A DNA stretch of 40,257 nucleotides from Fidelibacterota bacterium. GTDB taxonomy: Bacteria > Fidelibacterota > Marinisomatia > Marinisomatales > UBA2128. Shown here piece by piece: positions 7,939 through 17,688 of this stretch. Numbering within the stretch: position 1 is the stretch's first letter; each line of letters begins with the position of its first letter. The stretch is taken from NCBI GenBank assembly GCA_046861645.1, contig JBHHUM010000015.1:1-40257 (forward strand). Direction: 5' to 3'. The notes beneath the pieces are model-generated. The model made no database searches. It was not told the DNA's origin and worked only from the letters and a program-made list of their open reading frames with translations. Made by a program: the position numbers and the translations under genes.

Positions 7939-9519
7939 TTATTTAATTAGCAACATCTTGCCCATCAGCTCACGATGGTCTGCCTGTACCTTGTAGAGGT
8001 AGACACCGGAAGGAACTGGGTTACCAAGGGCATCTTTACCGCGCCAGGTGATAGTATAACGGCCTGGCTTACTGTAGCTTTGGTAAATCGTGTTAATTTC
8101 CTGACCGAGTACGGAATAAACAATCACTTTCACATCCGCGTTCTTATCCAGATCAAAAACGATATTGGTAGTGGGGTTGAACGGGTTAGGATAGTTGCCC
8201 TGAAGGGCAAATGTCTCTGGAATCGTCTCGCTGTCATGTTCTACGCTTCCCTCTACAGACTCGAAGTATGCATAAACTACACGGGTCTGTTTATCCCAGG
8301 TGCATTGATTACCCATTTCAAAAACTAGCCGACCGTCACCAGTTATAGGATCATAGTCATGATCGGAATCATCCGGGAATGTCCATGCACCAGCACTTGC
8401 TTCAGTAGCGGCACCAATGGCATAAACTACTCCAGCAACCAGAGCGTCTTCGATATCCATTCCGCTTACGATCAGGCTATAAACATAATCGTATACGGCT
8501 GTAAGGATAGCAGCTATAACCTCTGAAGAGACTCCAAATGTTGTCAGCGTTTGATCTGCAGCGGACTCAATCGCAGCCTGTAAATTCGTGCCGTCGTATA
8601 GAGCGCTGAAAGTCCCCGTGAATGTTGCAATAGCGGTCATATCGTTGTAGGTGAAGTAGTAGCTGGTGAATTGCAGTAGTTCATCGCCACTGAAAAGATC
8701 GCCATCATCTCCGGCAGGATCAAAGAGATACATCCAGTTGGCATCGAGTTCTTCGTCAAAAGGCCAGTTTTCGCCGGCAGTAGGGAAATCTCCTACGGGA
8801 AGATCAAGACCATATGTAGAGTTCAAACCAGCTACGAAATCCTGATCAGCAGGTAATTGAGCGACACCCATGATTCTATTGAGATTGCCTTCAGTATCTA
8901 CTCCACTGTCAGAATCTGGGCCATCAGTTGCGTCCCATTCGATGGTGATGGTTGTAATAGCGCCGTCACCGTCTCTTACTACGGTAACCCAGCCGTGGTT
9001 CTCCTGACTCTGATCCATACTGTACAGGTCGAAGATATTCGATTCTACGACACCAAATCCTCCACCATTATCGACTCCATCCCACTCATATGTACCTGCA
9101 TCCTGGATTGTGGGGATGTAGGCATAGGTAGAGCAGTTCTCGGTAGTAGTAGTGGGGTATGTGCTGGTTGGGATCTGAAAAGTGCCATCGCTGTTGAGTG
9201 TGATCGTTAAGTCGATGCCGTAAGCTGCCAGTCCTTCGGGAGTCAATAGTTCGTCAGGTGTAATGGGAGCGGCAATCGTATCGCCCGGAGCGTATTCAGA
9301 CACCGGATAATCAAACATGGATGTCACAGCGCTGGGCCAGGAGAGTACTAAAGCGGGGCTGCCATCAATATCGGCTTCGGCATCACCTGAATCCCGGGCT
9401 ACATCATAATACTGTATTTGTACACCTTCTAGGTGGAAAGTTCCACTCAGGCCTTGAGCTGGTAGACTTCCACAGATTAGGCACAAGGCAAAAGTCACCA
9501 ATAGCCATTTAGCTTTCAT
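7939..9519 (-). CDS. acidic secreted protein with a C-terminal T9SS type A sorting / FlgD-Ig-like domain
   Basis: Signal peptide; C-terminal NYPNPFNPTT...VYSVLGQEI...WRGKD..G..VPSGVYLY...KMLLIK. Confidence 0.85.
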   Translation of the reverse strand: MKAKWLLVTFALCLICGSLPAQGLSGTFHLEGVQIQYYDVARDSGDAEADIDGSPALVLSWPSAVTSMFDYPVSEYAPGDTIAAPITPDELLTPEGLAAYGIDLTITLNSDGTFQIPTSTYPTTTTENCSTYAYIPTIQDAGTYEWDGVDNGGGFGVVESNIFDLYSMDQSQENHGWVTVVRDGDGAITTITIEWDATDGPDSDSGVDTEGNLNRIMGVAQLPADQDFVAGLNSTYGLDLPVGDFPTAGENWPFDEELDANWMYLFDPAGDDGDLFSGDELLQFTSYYFTYNDMTAIATFTGTFSALYDGTNLQAAIESAADQTLTTFGVSSEVIAAILTAVYDYVYSLIVSGMDIEDALVAGVVYAIGAATEASAGAWTFPDDSDHDYDPITGDGRLVFEMGNQCTWDKQTRVVYAYFESVEGSVEHDSETIPETFALQGNYPNPFNPTTNIVFDLDKNADVKVIVYSVLGQEINTIYQSYSKPGRYTITWRGKDALGNPVPSGVYLYKVQADHRELMGKMLLIK

Positions 9520-9666
9520 TTAAGGGTCCTCCACTTATGATGAGTAAACAAAAGGTCAATACTTACTTTTCAGCTAAGGTAGACAAAGTTTATGGTAGAG
9601 CGCAACACTTTTTTATAGTTGTATATCGATGTAGTGTCTGGGATCAATTCCTTAAATTATTGAACT

Positions 9667-11502
9667 TCAGTCCAAGTTCTCAGCGATAATATCTGCTACA
9701 TCTTTAACCTGTATCGGTTCTTGACCTTCAGGTGATAACGGAGCCAGACCCTGATTCATCATACCAAAACAAAAATTGCAGGCCGTAACAATTGTTCCTA
9801 CACGTGAGTCAACCACTTGTTGTGCCCGGACGAGATGGGTGCGACCGGTGGTTTCTTTTTTCCACCAGAGGCCACCTCCCGCACCACAACAAAGAGTCTT
9901 TACACCAGATTCAGGTAGCTCTTGGAAATTAGGTGCAACTGCCTGTATAGCTTTTCGAGGAGCATCTACTTCCTTCATTATACGTGCCAGATTACAAGGA
10001 TCATGGAATGAGACTTCACCATCCAGACCTGGATTTACTACGATCTTTCCTTCCTCCATGAGTCGGGAAATGACTTGCGTGTGATGCTCAATCTCGTAGG
10101 GGACATCTCCATATTTGCTATACTCATTGGAGAGTGTAATCAGACAGTGCGGGCAGAGGGAGGTAACTTTTTTGGCTGAAGTAAGTAACTTCAGGTTGTG
10201 CTCTCTTAAAAGTTGGAAGGTCATTTTATCGCCCAGGCGATTGGCTGGATCACCTGAACACCACTCGTCCTTTAGAATTCCATAGGTAACCCCGGCAGCG
10301 TCGAGAATCTTGGTAAAATTTTCTACAGATTGGAGGAAGTCAGAGTCGAGATTGTATCTGGCAAAGCAGCCCAACCATAGGACGTATTCCTTATCAGGTG
10401 TCCAAGCGGGGAAACGTTCATCCAGAGGGCTTCCAAAAAGTCCTTCACTATTCCCGGTTTCCTGGAGGTTCATAAACAATCTCTGGTACTCTTGGGGTAC
10501 TTGACCTTCAACGAGAACCTGTAAGCGCCTGATTTCATCGGCTTTTTCAACCTGGTTACCGACTGGGCAGGCAAAGGTACATGCTTGACAGGTAGTACAT
10601 TCCCAACCCGCTTCAGGATTGATCTGGTTCAATACACTGGTATCTCCATTGTCCAAAAGAGGTTCGCGGAGATCCAGGATGAAATGCTCTTTTGGGCTTA
10701 ACAGAGCTCCACCCCGGCTGGCAGGACAGACTTCAGTACAACGGCCGCATTCTACACAGGCGAAAATATCAAGAGCTTGGTTTTTAGTCATTCTGGGAAG
10801 TTCTGCTAAAAGATTATCGAGCTCTTCTTCAGAAGAATCCATATCGATAATTACAGGAGTATGATAGGGTGTTTCCAAAGGCCTTAAAAAAATATTAAAA
10901 GGGGCGAAGATCAAGTGCAGATGTTTTGAACGTGGTATCAATATGAGAAAAGCTAAAATGAGAATTGCGTGGCACCACCAGTTTACCTTTTCGGCCAGTT
11001 CAGTGGGAGCCATTTCACCGTAGATGAAGGTGACCATAAGTAGGAAAATGAAGGCAGCCACCATACCGGAGGAAAGGGATAGTTTCCCCAGGAATTCAGG
11101 GCGTAAGAGGAAGCGGCGAATAAAAAGAAATACAATCCCGATATTGACTAGGATAGCAAAGGGGAGAGCAATGAGAGTATAGGTGTGTCGGAGTTCTGTA
11201 GATAAAATGCGCTGATTGAAACCGAGGGCGAAATGATCCAGTGTGATGATAAGGAAAACCAGAAATCCCCAAAAGACCAGACCGTGCATTAGTCCAGGCC
11301 AGAATCTTCCTCCAATCACTCTTTTATGGAATAATACTTCCAAGACAGTTCTTTTCAATCTGAAAAGGAAATGATCCCCGTGCAGTCGTCCACTTCCAGT
11401 ACCGACAATTATAAGCCGTCGGCTGATTTCATTGATGAACTGAGAAATAGTCAGAAAGATCAACAAGATAAGGATGATCTGTTCTGTGGAAGAGAAAGTC
11501 AC
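9667..11502 (-). CDS. membrane-bound Fe-S oxidoreductase (FadF/EtfD-like, probable ETF:quinone oxidoreductase)
   Basis: N-terminal TM domain with His residues, two ferredoxin motifs (CVECGRCTEVCP, CTTCQACTFACP), two CCG-type domains (WCSGDP, HDPC...LCCGAGGG); downstream of etfBA. Confidence 0.85.
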   Translation of the reverse strand: MTFSSTEQIILILLIFLTISQFINEISRRLIIVGTGSGRLHGDHFLFRLKRTVLEVLFHKRVIGGRFWPGLMHGLVFWGFLVFLIITLDHFALGFNQRILSTELRHTYTLIALPFAILVNIGIVFLFIRRFLLRPEFLGKLSLSSGMVAAFIFLLMVTFIYGEMAPTELAEKVNWWCHAILILAFLILIPRSKHLHLIFAPFNIFLRPLETPYHTPVIIDMDSSEEELDNLLAELPRMTKNQALDIFACVECGRCTEVCPASRGGALLSPKEHFILDLREPLLDNGDTSVLNQINPEAGWECTTCQACTFACPVGNQVEKADEIRRLQVLVEGQVPQEYQRLFMNLQETGNSEGLFGSPLDERFPAWTPDKEYVLWLGCFARYNLDSDFLQSVENFTKILDAAGVTYGILKDEWCSGDPANRLGDKMTFQLLREHNLKLLTSAKKVTSLCPHCLITLSNEYSKYGDVPYEIEHHTQVISRLMEEGKIVVNPGLDGEVSFHDPCNLARIMKEVDAPRKAIQAVAPNFQELPESGVKTLCCGAGGGLWWKKETTGRTHLVRAQQVVDSRVGTIVTACNFCFGMMNQGLAPLSPEGQEPIQVKDVADIIAENLD

Positions 11503-11530
11503 GAGTGTGTCAGCTTAATAGTTGAAGAGG

Positions 11531-12508
11531 TTAATTTTTTGCTTCTTTAATAGCTTTCGTAAGCTTAGGGATAATTTCAATAATGTCTCCAACGATACCA
11601 TAATCGGCCAGCTCGAACATAGGAGCATCGGGATCTTTATTAATGACGACCACGTTACGGGCACCCTTCATTCCCACCACATGCTGGATGGCTCCGGAGA
11701 TACCAAGGGCGAGATAAAGTTGAGGGGTTACGGTCTGTCCCGAGCTTCCGATCTGATGATAAGGAGGTAGCCAACCAGCATCGACGACAGGGCGGGAAGA
11801 TCCAATCTGAGCACCTAAAGCATTGGCCAATTCGCGTACCTTGGACAGGTTTTCCTCCTTGCCGATGCCCCGGCCAATAGCAACAATGAGTTCAGCAGTA
11901 GAAAGGTCCACTTCTCCTCTCACTTCCTGAACTGGTTCTTCATATTTAGTTTTTATAATACTTTCATCAAAGGAAATGTCGATAGTTCGAATCTTTGCTG
12001 AGCCACTTTCCACCATGTCGTCCTGAAAAGCTGCAGACTGGAAAGTAACGAGCCACGGTGCTGTACTGGTAGGAGTCGTATCTGCTGACATTTTGCCTTG
12101 AAATACTTGCCGAGTGAATACCGGTTCGCTGTTCTCTATGTGGTAACCTATATTGTCAGCTATAAGTGGCTTAGCTAAAATTGTGCTGACCTTGGGGAGA
12201 AAATCACGAGCCTGATAAGTGTGTCCAGAGATTACATACCGGGGTTGTTCTGCTTTAATAATCTGACTGACAGCATAGGCATATCCTTCCGCACTGTAAC
12301 TTTTCAGTTGAATATGATTTACTTTCAGAACTTCCTGTAAATCTTTGCTGGCTGTTTCTTGAGCAAGTTGATCGATGCCTTCGCCCAGGACTAAAGCTGC
12401 TGCTGATCCCTTTATATCCTTTGCCAAAGCCTGTCCAGCTGCGATTGCTTCCCAGCTCATGCGGTGGATTTTTCCGTTGTGGTGTTCGAGAATGATAAGT
12501 ATATCCAC
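11531..12508 (-). CDS. etfA: electron transfer flavoprotein subunit alpha
   Basis: GSSRPVVDAGW, QIGSSGQTV.P.LY.ALGISGAIQH..GM and INKDPDAP motifs. Confidence 0.95.
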   Translation of the reverse strand: MDILIILEHHNGKIHRMSWEAIAAGQALAKDIKGSAAALVLGEGIDQLAQETASKDLQEVLKVNHIQLKSYSAEGYAYAVSQIIKAEQPRYVISGHTYQARDFLPKVSTILAKPLIADNIGYHIENSEPVFTRQVFQGKMSADTTPTSTAPWLVTFQSAAFQDDMVESGSAKIRTIDISFDESIIKTKYEEPVQEVRGEVDLSTAELIVAIGRGIGKEENLSKVRELANALGAQIGSSRPVVDAGWLPPYHQIGSSGQTVTPQLYLALGISGAIQHVVGMKGARNVVVINKDPDAPMFELADYGIVGDIIEIIPKLTKAIKEAKN

Positions 12509-12510
12509 GG

Positions 12511-13281
12511 CTATAGGACCCTTATCTCACGCTTCAAGATTTCTACCAGTTTTCCAGCTACCTGCTCGGCGTCTCCTTCTATCATTTCTGTTCTTTTAGT
12601 TTTCTGAGGGACGTAAACCTTCGTTATCGACTGCAGGGTGTCAGCAGAACTAAGTTTTTCTTTTGAGATAGTATTAATTTCCTTCTTTTTGGCTCCCATG
12701 ATTCCTTTTAACGATGGGTAGCGAGGAGTGTTAATACCGGATTGGATAGTGATACATGCCGGTAACTCCATGTTGAGCCACTGAACCCACCCTGATTCAA
12801 GTTCCCGCTTTATACGTAAGTTAGTCCCTTCCAATTCGGTTTCCATAACGAGCGTAGCTGTCGACATTCCCAGCATTTCTCCCAAGATGACTCCTGTCTG
12901 ACCAGTTCCAATGTCATCAGATTGCAAGCCAGTAAGAATCAAATCAAAATTTTCATCCTTAACAGCGGTTGCTATGAGGGTAGCAATAGTGAAGGGATCG
13001 GTAGTATAGGGGAATGATTCCACAATATGTATCCCCCGATCGGCTCCTTTTGATAGACCCTCACGAATTGTGCGGGATACTCGTTCCGGCCCCAGACTGA
13101 TTACTGCTACTTCACCTTCTCCGAGTTTTTCCCGGATTTGAAGTGCTTCTTCAAGGGCGTAGGAGTCGCTCTCGTTAGCTGTAAAAGTAACATTATTTTC
13201 CTGTATCCAATTGTTGTCTGGATTAAGACGTAATGAGGAATCTGGACTGGGTACTTGCTTTAATAAGACGCCTGTTTTCAC
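12511..13281 (-). CDS. etfB: electron transfer flavoprotein subunit beta
   Basis: LKQVP, ALEEAL, GADRG, DLILTG.QS.D and NTPRYPSLKGIM.AKKK motifs. Confidence 0.95.
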   Translation of the reverse strand: MKTGVLLKQVPSPDSSLRLNPDNNWIQENNVTFTANESDSYALEEALQIREKLGEGEVAVISLGPERVSRTIREGLSKGADRGIHIVESFPYTTDPFTIATLIATAVKDENFDLILTGLQSDDIGTGQTGVILGEMLGMSTATLVMETELEGTNLRIKRELESGWVQWLNMELPACITIQSGINTPRYPSLKGIMGAKKKEINTISKEKLSSADTLQSITKVYVPQKTKRTEMIEGDAEQVAGKLVEILKREIRVL

Positions 13282-13333
13282 GGGAGCAATTCCTTCGACA
13301 ATCTAACCGGTATGTTTAATAAGAATGGATCGA

Positions 13334-13362
13334 AAATTACATCTCATCATAGCAAGAAACAA
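13334..13362 (-). promoter_or_regulatory. putative sigma70 promoter of the etfB operon
   Basis: TTGTTT, 17-nt spacer, TAATTT on the minus strand. Confidence 0.45.
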
Positions 13363-13641
13363 GTAAGCAGAAGAATTTCCCAGAACCAAAGTTTCTTTTT
13401 CCTGAGGATTAGTTTAGAAGTAGTTAATAGATTTTCATTGTCCTGACTACGCTAAAAAATCATACAGTAAGAGTAGCTAAGAAGTTGATTCAGGTAGGAC
13501 GAAAACAGGGAAACTTAAGGGGGATAGATTAGCATACAATCGTAGTCCATTGAATTAATAGCAGGATTATCAAACAAATGAAAGATAAATTTTTTAATTA
13601 TAGCAACTCATGGAGGAATAATATCCATCTATTCATTGCAC

Positions 13642-13670
13642 TTGTACTGAGTAGATAGCTCATTTATATT
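13642..13670 (+). promoter_or_regulatory. putative sigma70 promoter of the DUF5916 gene
   Basis: TTGTAC, 17-nt spacer, TATATT. Confidence 0.5.
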
Positions 13671-13704
13671 CGACGGCTTTTAATAGGACATTGACGAGAA
13701 CCTG

Positions 13705-16101
13705 ATGAGAAATCTCCTACTGCCCATATTTATATCCTTTTGCACTATTTCGTTAACAGCCTCCACAAATAGTCTGGAGTTTGATCCATCGCAGTTGCAT
13801 CTACGCATCGCTTATGCGATGAGAACAGCAACTGCTCCCACTATAGATGGACGTCTTGTGGATCCAGAGTGGGGTTCGGCAATTCCTATTAGTTCCTTCT
13901 TACAGTTAGAGCCGGATAATCTTGCTCCTGCTACAGAAGCGACTGAGGCGCGCATACTTTTCGATGATGAGAATATATATGTTGCCATTAGAGCATACGA
14001 CTCAGAGCCTGACAAAATAGTAGCTCGTCTGGCTCGCCGTGATGCTTGGATGGAAGCTGCAGAGAATAGTGCTGATTGGGTGGGTGTAATGTTTGATAGC
14101 CGCAATGATGATCGCACTGCTTTTGTGTTCGCGGTGAATGCTGCTGGTGTTATGATAGACAGTTATGTTTACAATGATGACAATTTCGATCTCTCTTGGG
14201 ATGGGGTATGGGATGTGGAAGTAAAAATTGATGATGAAGGGTGGTCAGCAGAGTTTGAAATACCGTTTTCGCTTTTCAGGTTTAATGCAGGAGAAGATCA
14301 TGACTGGGGATTTCTTGTAGATCGGGGTATTCAGCGCAAGCAAGAATATCAACGATGGCCTGGTAAAAAGCGCGGAGTAGAAGGTTTAGTGTCAAGATTT
14401 GGTATTCTCAAAGGAATTGAAGACATTCCTGCACCGAAACAGATTGAGATTCTTCCTTATGTATTAGGAGGTCGCCAGGCCGAAAATGATGATCCCCTGG
14501 CGTGGAATATGGGGCTTGATGTGGAATACGGTTTGGGGAGCAATGCTACTCTAAATATCACCTTCAATCCTGATTTTGGACAGGTTGAAGCCGATCCGTC
14601 TATCCTAAATTTGACAGCGTTTGAGACTTTTTATGAAGAGAAGCGTCCCTTCTTCATAGAAGGGGGTTCTTTCTTTAAGCAAAGAATTCAGCAATTTCAT
14701 TCCCGTAGAATTGGGAGAGAACCTAACCACTACTTTCCTGACACCGGTTCTATTATTAATAAGCCAGATATGACTACTATTTTAACCGCCGCTAAGGTTA
14801 CTGGTAAGACTTCGTCTGGTTTAGGATTTGGCATAATTGAGAGTATCACTGACGAAGAATATGGAATCTGGCAATACTTAGATAGTGATTCCAATACTGT
14901 TACCGAAAACTTCCTTCTGGAGCCCTACACCAATTATCTGGTTGGTCGTATAGACAGACCTGTATTTAATAGCGTTTCTACGGTGGGTATGATGATCACT
15001 GATGTTCGTCGACAAGGTAGTCATTCTTCCAGCACTGGTGGAGTAAATTGGGATCTGAGCTTTCTAGACAACAAACTTGATTTAACCGGTCAGCTACTCC
15101 TGTCCCGAACCAACAGTATCAAGGGACATGCAGGCAGATTTTTCATAGGTTATGATGATCCTGTTTGGTGGGGTATAGGAAGTGCAGTTTCCTGGTACGA
15201 GGATACCTTTGATCCCAATGATCTCGGATTTCTGGATAGAAGTGGAGTGTGGAATCTGATGACCTTCATAAATATTCGCAAACAGGATCCTTGGGGTCTG
15301 TTTCTTAGAAATGATCTACATTCCTTTTACTTCTATAAAGCAAGAACAGATGGATTGTCTTTGCCTGGAACCTTAGGTTGGGAGCAGTCCAATTTGACCA
15401 AGTACTATTGGGCTTTTGGTATAGGCGGTGAGTACAATTTCTCATCTTTTGATGATGCTGATATTTTCAAAGGTTCTCCCTGGGTGATTGGCTCTCCCAA
15501 AGCAAATTCTTTATGGGGTTGGTTTAGGAGTGACTCTCGTAAACCTACTATTCTTCAGGGATCATATGGCTTTGGAGCAGATATTTTAGGAGGTTCAGGC
15601 TATAGAACATCCCTAGATGTCATTCTAAAGCCGACTGATTATCTCGATATTTCAATAAATGCTGTGCATAGTATTCTAAAAACAAGAAAGGAGTACATTA
15701 CTACAAATTATGTTTCTGGTGACACAAATATCATATACAGTAATTCTACACAATTTATGGATGATATACAGCTACATATAAACTGGACGTTTACAAATGA
15801 TATTACGATTCAGTTGTTTTTACAACCCTTCAATGCAGACGTGAATTACTATAATTTTAAGCGATTGATGGCACCTAAGTCACTTATCTTCGAGGAGTAC
15901 CCTTACGGAAGTGATCCAGATTTTAAATTGCAAGATATAATTGGTACCTTTGTATTCAGGTGGGAATATTCCCCAGGAAGTACACTTTTCGTTGTTTATA
16001 ACTTAAGTGAAAGAGGATATTATTCAGCGGACCTGTCAGAGTGGAGCAAAACCAAAGAAAATGCTCTGTTTATCAAACTGAATTATTGGTTACAAATGTG
16101 A
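13705..16101 (+). CDS. CBM9-like domain plus DUF5916 exported/outer-membrane protein
   Basis: PTIDGRL.DPEW, GWSAEFEIPF and NPDFGQVEAD...LNL.AFE.FY.EKRPFF.EG motifs. Confidence 0.85.
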   Translation: MRNLLLPIFISFCTISLTASTNSLEFDPSQLHLRIAYAMRTATAPTIDGRLVDPEWGSAIPISSFLQLEPDNLAPATEATEARILFDDENIYVAIRAYDSEPDKIVARLARRDAWMEAAENSADWVGVMFDSRNDDRTAFVFAVNAAGVMIDSYVYNDDNFDLSWDGVWDVEVKIDDEGWSAEFEIPFSLFRFNAGEDHDWGFLVDRGIQRKQEYQRWPGKKRGVEGLVSRFGILKGIEDIPAPKQIEILPYVLGGRQAENDDPLAWNMGLDVEYGLGSNATLNITFNPDFGQVEADPSILNLTAFETFYEEKRPFFIEGGSFFKQRIQQFHSRRIGREPNHYFPDTGSIINKPDMTTILTAAKVTGKTSSGLGFGIIESITDEEYGIWQYLDSDSNTVTENFLLEPYTNYLVGRIDRPVFNSVSTVGMMITDVRRQGSHSSSTGGVNWDLSFLDNKLDLTGQLLLSRTNSIKGHAGRFFIGYDDPVWWGIGSAVSWYEDTFDPNDLGFLDRSGVWNLMTFINIRKQDPWGLFLRNDLHSFYFYKARTDGLSLPGTLGWEQSNLTKYYWAFGIGGEYNFSSFDDADIFKGSPWVIGSPKANSLWGWFRSDSRKPTILQGSYGFGADILGGSGYRTSLDVILKPTDYLDISINAVHSILKTRKEYITTNYVSGDTNIIYSNSTQFMDDIQLHINWTFTNDITIQLFLQPFNADVNYYNFKRLMAPKSLIFEEYPYGSDPDFKLQDIIGTFVFRWEYSPGSTLFVVYNLSERGYYSADLSEWSKTKENALFIKLNYWLQM

Positions 16102-16108
16102 TACAATT

Positions 16109-16555
16109 TTATGGCATTGGTGGAGCAATAAGGTGTACCAGTTCTATGTTAAGTTCAGCTGCATGTTTTGAAATACGCTTATCTCTGTAAAACTCTCCAT
16201 AGTAAATACATAATATTCCAGAATTAGCAATCATTTTAAAGCAATTATAACAAGGGCTGGCAGTAACGTAAATCTCAGATCGATCTATTGCTACTCCGTT
16301 GCGGGCAGCCTGAACGATTGCGTTTGCTTCCGCATGAATGGTTCTAAGACAATGACCATTCTCCATTTCATGGCCTACATCATCACAATGTTGAAGTCCA
16401 CGGAGGCTACCGTTATAACCAGTAGATAGAATAGTTTTGTCACGTACTATTACAGCTCCGACATGTTTTCTATCACAAGTTGAACGTGTAGCCACTTCTT
16501 GAGCAATATTCATGAAATATTCTTGCCAACTGATCCTTTTCTGAGAGTTATTCAT
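16109..16555 (-). CDS. dCMP deaminase family protein (ComEB-like)
   Basis: RSTC.R.HVGAVIV, TGYNG, HAEANA and PCYNC Zn-binding motifs. Confidence 0.9.
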   Translation of the reverse strand: MNNSQKRISWQEYFMNIAQEVATRSTCDRKHVGAVIVRDKTILSTGYNGSLRGLQHCDDVGHEMENGHCLRTIHAEANAIVQAARNGVAIDRSEIYVTASPCYNCFKMIANSGILCIYYGEFYRDKRISKHAAELNIELVHLIAPPMP

Positions 16556-16701
16556 AGGTTGTGGTTTTTGCTGAACCAGGATAATGGATGAACCTGCATA
16601 ATTAGAGTCGAAAAATGTACTAAATTTATTTCACAAAAGTTATATTGAATCAAGTTAATTATAATCAAATAAAATTAAACTTATCAAGGGAGGAATAAGA
16701 A

Positions 16702-17057
16702 ATGAAATCCTTCCTGCCTTTATCAGTTAAATTATCTGATTCCATATGTTTAGGATAGTCAAACAATGCTGAGGTAAATACCCTAGTGCAAGGACAGATC
16801 CATGTACTCAAGCTGCTGTGAATGCAGCAGCAGATGTAAATGGAACCCAGTAATATGGTACTGGTTTTATGTTTAGAATAATCGGAATGGGAATATCTTA
16901 TGTAATTGAGACAGACCCTCCAGCCACCTGGTTAATAGGTATGGATGCAAATGATGCTGCCATATATACCGTTTGTAATAAAACTGAAGCGAAAAAAATA
17001 CAGAAGAAAAAATCACTTATCGGTTATCTTACCTATACTGAGTTTACCTGTTGTTAA
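16702..17057 (+). pseudogene. probable degraded gene of a small exported/membrane protein
   Basis: Strong SD (AAGGGAGG) and ATG 16702, then TAG at 16756; a second frame reads DPCTQAAVNAAADVNGTQ-stop(16851)-YGTGFMF...ETDPPA...YTVC...KKIQKKKSLIG. Confidence 0.5.
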
Positions 17058-17086
17058 TAGTCAGTACATTCGTTTAAGAAAGATTG

Positions 17087-17338
17087 CTAATGCGAATTTT
17101 GCTTAAACACTGTAATTGTCGAGCAAGGTTCACCATAGAGGATATGATCGGCATGTTGAGCCAAGTGGGCCGTGATGATCAGATAAGACCAGGTAGGAAC
17201 TGGGACATCACTACATCCTTTAATTAAGACTTTCTTACCGTAATACTGAGACCAGTCTATAGCATTCACTGCTTGACGGAAGGGTTGTTCTTTCAGGATA
17301 CCGTTGTCGAGGAAATCGTCGAGGTAGATAGTTTCCAT
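17087..17338 (-). CDS. DUF2480 family protein, short form
   Basis: GILKE..FR...DWSQY, VLIKGCS..PVP and YGEPCS motifs; at the end of the suf cluster. Confidence 0.75.
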   Translation of the reverse strand: METIYLDDFLDNGILKEQPFRQAVNAIDWSQYYGKKVLIKGCSDVPVPTWSYLIITAHLAQHADHILYGEPCSTITVFKQNSH

Positions 17339-17685
17339 TAAACCGAAAAGGATGTTCCACAGCCACAGGTACGCTGGGCATTGGGATTATTGAACCTGAA
17401 TCCTCCTGAAAGAAGATCAGTGGAAAAGTCTATTTCCATTCCCTGCAGATAGAGTAAAGACTTCATATCTACAATTAGCTCAATACCGTGATGATGATAA
17501 ACTTTATCGAACTCACCTTTCTCGTTGTCCCATTCCAATTGATAGCTCATTCCAGAGCAGCCACCACCCTTAACGGAAGCCCGGAGGTAAGTACCTTCAT
17601 CACTCGTACGTATCTTAAGTAATCGCTCTGCCGCAACTTTGGTAATCGTTACATCTTGAAGAATTTGTTCATCCAAATTTGTCAT
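17338..17685 (-). CDS. A-type Fe-S carrier (HesB/IscA/SufA family)
   Basis: GGGCSGMSY and FNNPNAQRTCGCGTSF. Confidence 0.95.
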   Translation of the reverse strand: MTNLDEQILQDVTITKVAAERLLKIRTSDEGTYLRASVKGGGCSGMSYQLEWDNEKGEFDKVYHHHGIELIVDMKSLLYLQGMEIDFSTDLLSGGFRFNNPNAQRTCGCGTSFSV

Positions 17686-17688
17686 TTA

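Noticed and set aside
16869..17057. 62-aa ORF as an intact gene
   Set aside because: No SD; better explained as the 3' fragment of the pseudogene starting at 16702.
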